Below, in pieces: positions 1-10,972 of a stretch of DNA of 64,000 nucleotides. The stretch is from Felis catus. Taxonomy: Eukaryota. The notes beneath the pieces were generated by a model. It made no database searches and was not told the origin of the DNA. It saw only the letters and a program-made list of their open reading frames with translations. Every line of letters begins with the position of its first letter. Position 1 is the first letter of the stretch. The translations under genes were made by a program, and so were the position numbers. The stretch covers positions 177,632,001 to 177,696,000 of the forward strand of contig NC_058368.1 in assembly GCF_018350175.1 (NCBI RefSeq), in the 5' to 3' direction.

Positions 1-482
1 GCATTGTCCTTGTTCCAAAACAGTTTGTGATTCAATGTCTGTGTCATGTTGAAAGTCACAGAAAATTTAATTAAAAAATAAAGAGAATCTGTTGACTCAA
101 GACACTGGAAAACTTTTGGTGCTGGCTTTAGGTAAGGTTTCATCAAGTAGCTTAAATGATATCACTAAGGATCTAGTTTCTAAGCAGAAAGACTGTGGCC
201 AAATACTGATTGGTGGCCTGGTGACTGAGTACACAGTAAGAATATAGGACATTTTTGTTGAAAAGAAAAATTGCCCTTAATCTCACATATGGAATAAATA
301 GAAACTTTGATGATTCAAGAGTCAAGGTCTTTGGTTGCCTACAGCAGAAATTAACTTAGGCGAAAGAAATTTATTGGAAGAACTGATAGAGAGGTCAGAG
401 AATAAGGCTTAGAAATGCACAGGAATCAATGACTGGCAGAGCCAGCTCAGCCTTGTAAGCCACAGCAAAGAATCCCAAGGTC

Positions 483-700
483 GGGGCACCTGGGTGGCTC
501 AGTCGGTTAAGCGTCAGACTTCAGCTCAGGTCATGATCTCACGGTACGTGGGTTTGAGCCCTGCATCGGGCTCTGTGCTGACAGCTCAGAGCCTGGAGCC
601 TGCTTCGGATTCTGTGTCTCCCTCTCTCTCTCTGCCCCTCCCCCCACTCATGCTCTGTCTCTTTCTGTCTCAAAAATAAATAAAATATTAAAAAAAAAAA
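483..700 (+). mobile_element. Carnivore/felid tRNA-derived SINE (SINEC)
   Basis: GGGGCACCTGGGTGGCTCAGTCGGTT head, (CT)n and A tail; TSD aagaatccc(a/g)aggtc at 468-482 and 701-715. Confidence 0.95.
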
Positions 701-1574
701 AAGAATCCCGAGGTCAACTGCAAAGCAACTGGAGAGTGACATACTTCTATTTGCATTTTAGAGAAGTCCCTGTAGCCCCAGCCCGCAGGAAAGATGGAAG
801 AGAGAAAGAGTTAAAGAGGAGGCCAGAGATCAGGCTGTTGCCATGGTCCAGGCAAGAGGCAACAGAGGCCCAGACTGGGCGGTGGTGAAGCAACACTGAA
901 GAGTGCAACGACCTCAGAAATTGTAACAATGGGGAACCAACAGGACGTGGAGGCTGGGATGCGGCAAGAGTCAAGGGTTGCCTGCACATTCCAAGATGGC
1001 ATCTGGGTAGGCAATGGCACCATTCACTGCAATGGGGGACATGAGGAGAAGTGGGGTTCACCCCTCTGGGTCTCAAGTAGGGGGAGGTACAGCGGCACCA
1101 TTTGTCCTGCAGAAGGCCTGGGCCAGGCAGCCTGCCCAGGGAACCGGCCAGAGAGGGATGGGCTAGAGAAGGATGCCCAGTTTGGTATTGGACGTCAGGG
1201 TAATTCCAAACTCTTTTGGGTACAGCGATGGGCCTCCAGAGCCAAGTTCTGGGACGCTCTCTGCCTCTGGCTTCCCGCCACGGGCATCATCTGCAGGGAA
1301 TATTCAAAGATGTAAACATGATGATTTCATCAAGGTCCAAGTGTCAGGGGACACATGTGCAGGCGATGGCAGCCCATCAAACCGTGGAAATTCTGACCCG
1401 GGAGGTTCAGACACAACAATGTGGAGGCCTCCCTCCCCCGCATCCCCTCTGGCCTGCGCCCAGTTCTCAAACGTGGTTAATTAATGTAATGAATTATGAC
1501 AAACGCGTACGGCGCCTCTGATTTGCTGACAGCTGATACAAACAGAGGCAGTGGCCAAGAATCCCAATGCGTAC

Positions 1575-1578
<4 letters not shown>

Positions 1579-1605
<27 letters not shown>
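1579..1605. repeat. (CA)n microsatellite; others at about 3349-3377, 25922-25957, 29123-29164 and 41868-41909
   Basis: Directly visible dinucleotide runs. Confidence 0.95.
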
Positions 1606-2129
1606 CCCACAACTCCACCAAAAATAGCTTGCAACCGGGTTTGTAATTCAGTGACTTTTCCATCTGTACTGGAACATGGCAAGAAGTGGTTGCTGCTGCA
1701 AAGGGTAAAGGGAAAAGTTGGAAATACGTTGCCCCCGATTTTTCACATTGGAAAGACTTCTTTCTCCTCACCACTCCCTCTCTCGCGACATACATTCATT
1801 GGTTACTTTAGCCAACCCTGCATTCCATGAAGGAAGAGAACCACATTCAAAGAGGACCTACCATGTGCCAAGGGTTTTATATACTAGGTCAGAACTCCTT
1901 TGGTTGTAAGCAACAGAATTCCAACTGAATCCTCTTAGAGGAAAACAAAAGGGGGTGGGATGTAGAAAGGACTTTGAAATATCTCACACCATCAAACAGA
2001 AATATGATATTCAAACCATAAGGAGGGCAGAGAAATGGCTAGAGACAGTGACTCAGATTCCCACCAGAGCTGAAAGCACACCCTTTCTGCCCCTCCCACC
2101 TCTCTTCTCTATCCCTATCCATCTATCTT

Positions 2130-2812
2130 CCAGCCAGGTCTCATTTTTCATGGATTCTGTATTTGTGAATTCACTTACTTGCTAAAACGTATTGGCAACC
2201 CCCAAATCAATATTTGTAGCATTTTCATGGTCATTCATGGCCATGTGCAGAGTGGTGAAAATTTTGAGTCATCCCACACGCACATTCCCAGCTGAGGTCA
2301 CACAAGGTGACGCTCTGTGTTCTTATCCCAGCTGTCATAAGGTGAACAAGTATCCTTCTCCTGGTTGTTTATTTAGTGCCACATTTTTCTCATTTTAGTG
2401 CTTTTTGGTGGTGATTTCATCGTTGAAAGTCCCCAACAGTCCCCAACTGTAGCTCTGAAGGGCTGCCTAGCGATCCTAAGAGCAAGATGGCTGGGCTGTG
2501 ACTGGTGGAGAAAACACGTGTGTTAGCTGGGCTTCACTCAGGCATGAGTTATAGCTGCTGGCCATATAGCTGCTGGCTGTTGGCCATGAGTGTAATGTTA
2601 ATGGATCAACAATGTATATTAAATAAGGTGTCTTTAAACCAAAACACAAATAAAACAAGGTTATGTATTGATGAGTTAATGAAAATGTCATGACCAGGGA
2701 CTCACAGGAACCTTGCCCTGTATTTCCCCTAGGAGCAATGGTTCAGTGGTCACTAATTCAGTTTGTGGCCAATTTATAGAACGTAACTACCATGAGTAAT
2801 GAGAATCGACTG
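2130..2812 (-). mobile_element. MER82-like TcMar-Tigger DNA transposon
   Basis: Matches the recalled MER82 consensus in reverse; terminal aatgagaatcgactg. Confidence 0.75.
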
Positions 2813-3063
2813 AATCTGCTATTTTCCCTTTTCTTTGCCTGCCTCTGTCGCTCCAGGTCAGTGTCCTTGGTAGGGCAAGACACAGGCCAACAGCCCCCAA
2901 GCCTCACATTTCATAGCATCTGCCACTAGAGTAGGGCTTCTCATGGTTGGAAAAAGCCTGACTGAAAACAGTGGGAGTAGGGAAGATCATGGAAGTATGT
3001 GGTACCTCCCAGAAAAACCACATAAAGCACAGAAACAGTAGTTCCTAAAAGAATAGAAGTCTG

Positions 3064-3288
3064 GGGGCGCCTGGGTGGCGCAGTCGGTTAAGCGTCCGAC
3101 TTCAGCCAGGTCACGATCTCGCGGTCCGTGGGTTTGAGCCCCGCGTCGGGCTCTGGGCTGATGGCTCAGAGCCTGGAGCCTGTTTCTGATTCTGTGTCTC
3201 CCTCTCTCTCTGCCCCTCCCCCGTTCATGCTCTGTCTCTCTCTGTCCCAAAAATAAATAAAAAACGTTGGAAAAAAAAAAAGTTTTAA
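3064..3288 (+). mobile_element. Young felid SINE (SINEC_Fc type)
   Basis: CpG-intact consensus-like body; perfect 17-bp TSD aaaagaatagaagtctg at 3047-3063 and 3289-3305. Confidence 0.96.
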
Positions 3289-4064
3289 AAAAGAATAGAA
3301 GTCTGTTCTCATATGGTGAAAAAAAGACCACACAGACAAACATCACAGACACACACACACACACACACACACACACATCATTTCATTCTAACTGCACAAG
3401 TTTTACCATATCAACACACTACTTACAACGTTACCAACTAGTTTTCCTTAAATTAACTCTTTTTTCTTTTCTTAAACACATCCTGAGGGAAAACTTACGT
3501 TTCTGCCACATATAGAAATTGATCATCAAAATAAACTCATAACTGGTATGAATGTTATGAGTTATGAATGTTATGAGTTAGTTATGAACTAATGTTCACA
3601 CGTGATGTCAGTCCATGACCCAACTGGAACTCTTTCCCCGGACACCGGTCACTTGTTTAGGATCGTAGGTGTATGTTTGTATCTCTGGACCTGGGCCAAG
3701 AGCTCTGTGCGGCAGGGACCTTATCTTGTTTACTTCCGCCCAGCTCGGGGCCTGGCACAGAGTGAATACTCAATACACATCTTATACCTCGGCTAAGATG
3801 GCTGCTACCTGGGTCTCCCTCTCAGGTACATTTGGAGAGGACACTGGATGAAGAGGAGAGCCCCCTCAGGGGGAATGGAAGGAAAGAGGGGCCCACAGAG
3901 AGGACATGGGGCGCTGCCTAACATGGCCAGACCCTATGTGACCTCCCCTCTGAGAACTAGGCCTTCCATACATTTCCTATTTTCTTGGCAGCTTTGTCCA
4001 CATGCCTTTCCTGAAATGCTCTTCCCTCTCTTCAGGACACGTTCTTCAAATTCTCCCTCCTCTT

Positions 4065-4500
4065 CTGTATCAGTTGGGAAGCTTCCAGCAACCAACCGAA
4101 AGGGCCTTAAACACAAGAACATTTTGTTGTCTCAGACAATGAGAAGTGTCAAGGAGGGCCCCACGTGGCTGATGTCAGCAGCTGTACGACAGCCTCAAGG
4201 ATCCAAGTTTCTTCCATCACTTTGGTCTTCCGTCCTCAGTGCAGCAGCTAGCTGTCCTCGTGTTGCAAGACGGCTACAACAGCTCCAGCCACCACATCCT
4301 CACCAAAATCCAGGCTCAAAAAAGAACTATGACTTCCTTATTATGTATGCTTACAAGAGGTAAGAAACTTCCCTAGAAACAAGGCCCACCACCACCTCCC
4401 ACATGCTTCCCCTCATAGCTCACGGGCCAGGCTATAGTCACATGCCCCTTACTAAGCCAATCAATTGGGAAAGGAAATGCAATTCATATGATTGGCCCCG
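4065..4500. mobile_element. Old ERVL-MaLR (MLT1-like) LTR remnant
   Basis: Degenerate similarity to MLT1 LTR ends and internal motifs. Confidence 0.45.
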
Positions 4501-5910
4501 ATGAGGTAAGACGCCCCTGCTGAGGATGAAGGTGACGCAAGCCTTCTCTGAGGTACATAACCCCACAGGGGAACGGGGGTTCCCAAATCGGCATTCTATA
4601 GTGAGAAGTCTGCCACGTTCTTCTCAATAACCACCTTTCAGGCCACTTGTATAAAAACCCTCTTTGGTCCATGGAAGCCATAAGTCTGAACGGTTCAAAT
4701 GTTTCCAGTTTCTTCTCCCTCTCTAGACTCTTCTGCACAAAGACCACTCCACACCATCTGGCTCCTTCATTTAGCTTGTTGAATTACTTTGCCCTTACCA
4801 CACCGCAGAAAGATTCGTAATTTATCTGTTTATATGTCTGTCTTTGTCCCTAGGCTGTGAGATCCTTCTGGGATGGGGCAGAATTGTCCCGGGACCTCAG
4901 GGCCTGGCCTGCCTAACGCCTCGGGATGGGTGGACGGTAGCTACAGCGAATTTACTGAATTCGATGGTGAGGGCACAGAGGAGGGGTAGGAAGAGGGAGA
5001 GAGAAGCAGGGAGGAAGGAGAGAAGAGGGCAAAGCAGTCAATGAAATACAGGCTTTGGCAGCAGACAAAGCAGGGGATGCCTGAAGAGCCAATTCACTAA
5101 CTGGGATGGAGATTCTATTGTGGGAAGTAATCATTTGTTAGCTTAAGTAAACCCTTTTCCCTCAATTACGTGTGCTGGAATACAAGGTATTGACTCGGCC
5201 TGGGGAGGAAGGCAGAAGCTCAAACCCACCACCACTTCATTAGCGGGCACTAATTGCCCCAAGGCTTAGGTCAAAGGTTAGGACAGGATTAAAATTGACG
5301 GTGAAAACAAAAGCAAAGCCTTGACTCCTGGATTAGCTAATTGCTCCTCTCTTCTTCCTCTAGCCTGGCTTTTAATGGACGTGCTCTCTTGGCTGGCAGG
5401 TCCCTCTGCCCAACAAAGCCTCTACGTGCAAACCTCCCCTGGGTAACCTGAACCCTCATTACACTCAGGCCCCACCCCAGACTGTCTGGAGGTACAGAAA
5501 GCAAGTGTTGGAATGTACTGGAGGTTGCAGGGAGGAAGGGAGTTGAAGCAACTTGGCAGAGAATCTGTCTTCGAAACCACAGCATTAGATGAGCACCCAC
5601 TGTGTCCCAGGCACTGTGCTAACGGCTTCCTAGGAACCATTTCGTTTCACTCTCAGGAAGCCCTGACATGCTCCACTAAAATGAACCCAGGCTCTGAGAG
5701 AAATAGCTGATCCCTGGGTGAGGGTGGGAAAGGTACAAGATGACCTGGGGACATCTTGTCACACCAGGAAGCAAAGAAGCCATCAGAATTCTAGGGCAAT
5801 GACAAAAGAAACACAAGAGCCACCAGAAGGAGCCCTCGCTGGCCAAAGGTGGAAGAACTTGACCTTCAAAAAGAATAATGACTGCTATAGATCGAAAGGA
5901 ATTAAATAAG

Positions 5911-6743
5911 TTTTTTTAACGTTTATTTATTTATTTTGAGAGAACGAGCGCGCGCAGGGAAGAGGCAGAGAGAGAGAGAGAGAATCAGCACAGAGACTGA
6001 CGCAGGGCTTGAACTCACAAACAGCAAGATCATGACCTGAGTTGAAACCAAGAGCCAGATACTTAGGGTACCTGGGTGGCCCAGTCGGTTAAGTGTCCGA
6101 CTTCAGCTCAGGTCATGGTCTTGAGGTTCCTGAGTTTGAGCCCCATAGCATCGGGTTCTCTGCTGTCAGCGCAGAGCCGGCTTCAGGTCCTCTGTCTCCC
6201 TCTCTCTCTGCACCTCCCTGCTCACATGCACGTGCTCTCTCTCTCTCTTTCTCTCTCTCTCTCAAAAATAAATTTAAAAAGGGGCGCCTGGGTGGCGCAG
6301 TCGGTTACGCGTCCGACTTCAGCCAGGTCACGATCTCACGGTCCGGGAGTTCGAGCCCCGCGTCGGGCTCTGGGCTGATAGCTCGGAGCCTGGAGCCTGT
6401 TTCCGATTCTGTGTCTCCCTCTCTCTCTGCCCCTCCCCTGTTCATGCTCTGTCTCTCTCTGTCCCAAAAATAAATAAACGTTGAAAAAAAAATTTTTTTT
6501 AAATAAATAAATTAATTAATTAAAAAAATAAATTTATAAAAATGCATCGGGGCGCCTGGGTGGCTCAGTCAGTTTAGCATCCGACTTCGACTCAGGTCAC
6601 AGTCTCATGGTTTGTGAGTTCAAGCCCCACATCAGGCTCTGTGCTGTCAGCTTGGAGCCTGGAGCCTGCTTCAAATTCTGTGTCTTCTTCTCTCTCTCTG
6701 CCCCTCCTCTGCTCACGCTCTCTCTCTCAAAAATAAAATAAAC

Positions 6744-6780
<37 letters not shown>

Positions 6781-6800
6781 CTCCACCTAACTGAGCTTTT
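5911..6800. mobile_element. Nested cluster of four SINEs inside an old L1M 3' fragment
   Basis: Minus-strand SINE at about 5911-6065 interrupted by plus-strand SINEs at about 6066-6280, 6281-6520 and 6549-6745; (TA)n tail at 6747-6776. Confidence 0.88.
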
Positions 6801-7060
6801 GATAATTCTCATGGTGGTACTAAAAAACGCATCGGTTATCTTTGGAGGATAACAATTAACTAATTATTCTGAAAAGTGGTAAATACAGAGAAAGAATCAA
6901 GCACCTGTATGAATTTCCGAATGAATTGCCTCCTGGGGTAACTGAACGGTTGATGGAGGAAAGTTCTTAGTTCATTGAAGAATCCCATTTAATAAACAGC
7001 AGAAATGAGAGAATTAGGAAATCATTATCTTGCCACCCTCCAGAAAGAGAGAATCTAGAC

Positions 7061-7276
7061 CAAGTTTCCTCAATCTCAGCACAACAGACATTTGGAGCCA
7101 GATAATTCTTTGTAGGGGGACCCCGTCCTGTATGTTGTGAGATGTTTATGCCACAGCACCCCTGGGCTCTAGATACCCACTAGACGCCAGTAACAGACCC
7201 CTGGTTGTGACAATCGAACGTGTCTCTGCACATTACCAAGCGTCCCGGGAGACAGTCCCCTGCTTGGGAACCACTG
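7061..7276 (-). mobile_element. MER20 hAT-Charlie DNA transposon
   Basis: Reverse complement follows the recalled MER20 consensus; terminal gggaaccactg. Confidence 0.8.
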
Positions 7277-7449
7277 ATGCAGGCCACGATGCTCAATGGC
7301 TGCTAAAACCACGAGGTGATATCTAGGAGGAACAGAACCACACCTGACTCTTTAGAGCCCCTGGGGGTACTTGCGGAAGGCGGGATACCTATTGAAATCA
7401 TCGGTGTCCATCAGCTTGGGCTCCCGGCCTTCTCATCAAAACAGAAACC

Positions 7450-7607
7450 AGGGTGCCTGGTGGCTCAGTCAGTTCAGCAATCGATTTCAGCCCCCGGTTC
7501 ATGGGTTTAAGCCCTGCGTGGGGCTCTGTGCTGATAGCTAGCTAGGAGCCTGGAGCCTGTCTTTGGATTCTGTGTCTCCCTCTTTCTCTGCCCCTCCCCT
7601 GCTCACG

Positions 7608-7649
<42 letters not shown>

Positions 7650-7690
7650 AGTAAATAAAACATAAAAAACAAAATAAAATTAAAAAAAAA
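7450..7690 (+). mobile_element. Carnivore SINE with long (CT)n
   Basis: SINE head, (CT)n at about 7610-7646, A tail and TSD-like cagaaacc flanks. Confidence 0.92.
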
Positions 7691-9284
7691 CCCAGAAACC
7701 CAAGGCGAGTCTTGTAGTAACATCCCTGGGCTTTTGCCGACCAAGTTGCCACTCCTGTATTGAAATCATAAATCCTCTCTTGGCCCCTTTCTGTATTTTT
7801 CTGGCAGCGATACTCTCTCCAGCCAGGTTTTTGTACCTGCTTCTCCTTCTTCCACCTATGATGCTTACTCCTCCCACCCCCATCTATTCCTGCCAACACG
7901 TTCTCATTCTTCGGGTCTCAGCTTCCATGACTCTTCTTCTCTGACTCCCCTTTTGCACTATGCTTGTCCGTTGTGTCACTTGTCACAGTGTGTGGTCAAT
8001 GTTAATGGTCTGTCCCCTCAATAATACTTGCGGGGACAGAGACCCTGCCACATTCATTGCTTTATCTCCAAGGAACCCAGTACAGAGTAGGCACTCAGCG
8101 TAGCAAGAAAGAAGGAGGGAAGAAGGGAGGCATGACCTTGCGCTATGTTAGTGCTGCTGTGTGCTCTTGGCTGAGCATGGCAGTGTGACTGACTGTTCAC
8201 ACATGTGCAGATCAGGGTGCACGTGAACACAGATGCACGTGTGCCGTGCAGGAGGGCCACTCAAAAATGGGAGCCTACAAAAGCCACAGCCCTGACTCTC
8301 TTCTCTCTCCTCCCAGCTGCAACCTCCCACCACGCGGCCTCACGTTTCCCAGCTTCTGCCACACTTTGCTGGGTTTTTGTTCCTCTCTGCCTTTGCACTG
8401 CTCTTCCTTCTGCTGGGCTGCCCTTCCCTGTTTTGCAGTTAAACCTCATTTCAGATTGTCAGAGCAGATTGAACTGCCCTTACCCAGTTCATCCCCTCGT
8501 CCTCTGTGCATCCAAGACATCTGGGCCTCCACCTATACGCTCTTGTCTTGCTGAGTTATAGTCCACCTGTTCGCAGCATTCAGCTGGGAGCTCCCTAAGG
8601 GATATCTCTCGGGGCACCTGCAAGGGACTATGTTGTGGCACTTCTGTGCTCACAGCTGCAGAAAATAGGCAAGCAAGCCAGTGTTTCCAGATTGAGACTG
8701 CACTGTCTGTGCATGGGTGCAGAGCGTACAGATGCATGGATTGGTCTAGAATGGGGTCTCCACATTTTTTTTACTCATAAGCCCCTTAAGTAATTTTGAA
8801 AACTAGATCTTTTTGGTAGAATCCATGCCACGCACAACTAAATTCATCTACATTTAATAAAACTGCACTGAGAATGAACAAATGAACAGGCGACAGCAAA
8901 TAAGAGATTTACACCCAAGGAAAACATAAACGTGGATTTACAGTAGCCAGTAATCTTTCCGCAAAAGTTAAATGAAAATATTTCTCCTACCGGTCTGAAC
9001 AAGTGTTCAAGAATATATGAAACACTAACTTCCATCTGAGACAAGATATTTTACTCAAATATGACCTGTAGGAAGTAAGTTTGGAACATTTCACCTATTC
9101 CTATTTGAAGTTGGGCAAAAATACTCCACAGAGACATGGACCAAGGGAAGGATGGATAAGAAGCACGAGGCTCTTTCTCATCACTGAGAATAGCGGCAAC
9201 ATAGTAGGGATGCACTTGGTCTACACTTGTATTTCCCAGGCTGCTTTTTCCAAATTATGAATGTGGTCATTCTAAGATGGTTCA

Positions 9285-9368
9285 GTAGATAGATAGATAA
9301 ATAGGCAGATAGGTGGACGGATGGGTGAATGGATAGACAGGCGGACAGACAGATAGATGGACAGATGG
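9285..9368. repeat. Degenerate (GATA/GACA/GGAT)n simple repeat
   Basis: Directly visible tetranucleotide runs. Confidence 0.8.
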
Positions 9369-9742
9369 AAATTATCTATGAGTTTGTATCCCCTGAATAA
9401 GTTACTTCCATTACCAACACTCCTTAGTTGTGAGTGAATTCCAGAACAACATTTGCGGAATAAAGGAGGCAAAGTAATTAAAGAAAAATCGCCAATACAT
9501 CTTGCTGTGCAATATACCTGAACTCAGAATAAACCACCATGATCCAAAACGAAATCCACAATTTGCCCTGTTACAAAATAGACCAGTATTAAGGCAGGGG
9601 AGAGCATGAGGACTTCCCACAGATTCATGGCCCTATGACCAAAGGGAGTTCCCCACACTCTCATCCCTTTATTCCATGATCTGGGCTTCCCTACACTCCA
9701 GGCAATGCCCACAGTGACATGCAGGCAGGGTAAGACGTGCAC

Positions 9743-9990
9743 TTTCTTTTCTCTCTTTCTTTCTTCTTTCCTTCTTTCTTTCTTTCTTCTTTCTTTTTCT
9801 TTTCTTTTTTTTTTTTTAGTTTATTTATTTATTTTGAGAGAGAGAGAGAGCACAAGCAGGGGAGGGGCAGAGAGAAGGAGAGACAGAATCCCAAGCTCCG
9901 TACCATTAGCACAGAGCCTGATGCGGGGCTCAAAGTCATGAACCCTGAGATCATGACCTGAGCTGAGATCAAGAGTCAGACACTTAACCA
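9743..9990 (-). mobile_element. Carnivore SINE with expanded (TTTC)n tail
   Basis: Reverse SINE body at about 9818-9990 with a T/C-rich tail at 9743-9817. Confidence 0.88.
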
Positions 9991-10275
9991 ACATGTACCT
10001 TCTACTCTAAAGTAGAGGAGGGACTTTGTAGAAAGGGTGGTGAGCGGGGGAGCCTGCCGACCACAGGAGCATTCTCCAGTAGAACAATTCAGGGGAAAGC
10101 ACTCAGGAAAGTTGAACATCTGTACGTTGATTCCCACAAGATGATTGTACCCAGGGACCTCCTGGAAAGCCCTCGCATAGCCTGGAGTGTACGGGTCCCC
10201 AGTCTGAACTCCCGAATGAGAATACATAGCATATGGTGACGGTGGGGAGAATGAAGGCAAAGGAAAGGGGTAAGC

Positions 10276-10447
10276 CAGTGGTCCTTAAAAATCCCAGGCC
10301 AGCAGCATCAGCATCCCCTGGGAACTTGCAAATTCTAGAGCCTACCCCAAACCTACTGAAGCAGAACCTGCAGGGGTGAGGCTCAGCAATCTGTGTGTGA
10401 GCAAGTCCTCTTGGGACTCTGATGCACACCCAAGTAGGGAAGCATTG
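10276..10447. mobile_element. MER5A hAT-Charlie element
   Basis: cagtgg... start with typical cagcagcatcagcatc and cctactgaa motifs. Confidence 0.75.
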
Positions 10448-10519
10448 CAACATATGTGTCCTGCTTTTGTCCCTTGGCTTCTGGTAAGAACACTTCCATA
10501 TTCCTTTGGGAAACCACCC

Positions 10520-10972
10520 CTTCTTTGACTTACAGACCTTATAGTTAGTTGGGTGGACTGACCCATGCCTCCCTCACTCCAGCTCCAGGGGCCGGTGCAT
10601 GACGTACACCTGGTCACTTAAACTAATCTGTCCCCCTGATCGCAGTGATTGATTCAAAGATATGCAGGAGAGAGAACTGATCCAATGAGAGTCAGCCCCA
10701 GGACTTGTACTGAAGCCTTTGGGAAAGATATGTTTTCTTTCCTCTAAAGTTATTAAGCCAGTAAGATATGAGCTTGGAACTACAGGGAAGCCCTCCTGAG
10801 AATGAAACCAACCCAGAAGAAGGCAGAGAGAGACACGCTTGGATCCAGCTTTGCCTGAAGCCCGATGCCTGTACACATTTCTGTTACACAGGCCAATACA
10901 TTTTTTTTATCGGCTTAAGTCAGTTTTCATGTGTTTCTGTCACTCGTAACCAAAAGAATCCAGAATAACACA
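10520..10972 (+). mobile_element. MLT1-like ERVL-MaLR LTR
   Basis: Typical ggatccagct..gcctgaagcc motif and ttctgtcactcgtaaccaaaaga terminus. Confidence 0.65.

Noticed and set aside
483..560. tRNA-like A/B-box sequences at SINE heads
   Set aside because: They are the tRNA-derived heads of carnivore SINEs, not tRNA genes.
494..742. Recurring ORFs beginning MAQSVK... or containing ETEHERGRGRE
   Set aside because: Translations of SINE sequence on either strand.
8750..9560. AT-rich block that might be a decayed DNA-transposon coding remnant
   Set aside because: I could not assign a family or a convincing reading frame by eye; it needs a Dfam HMM search.
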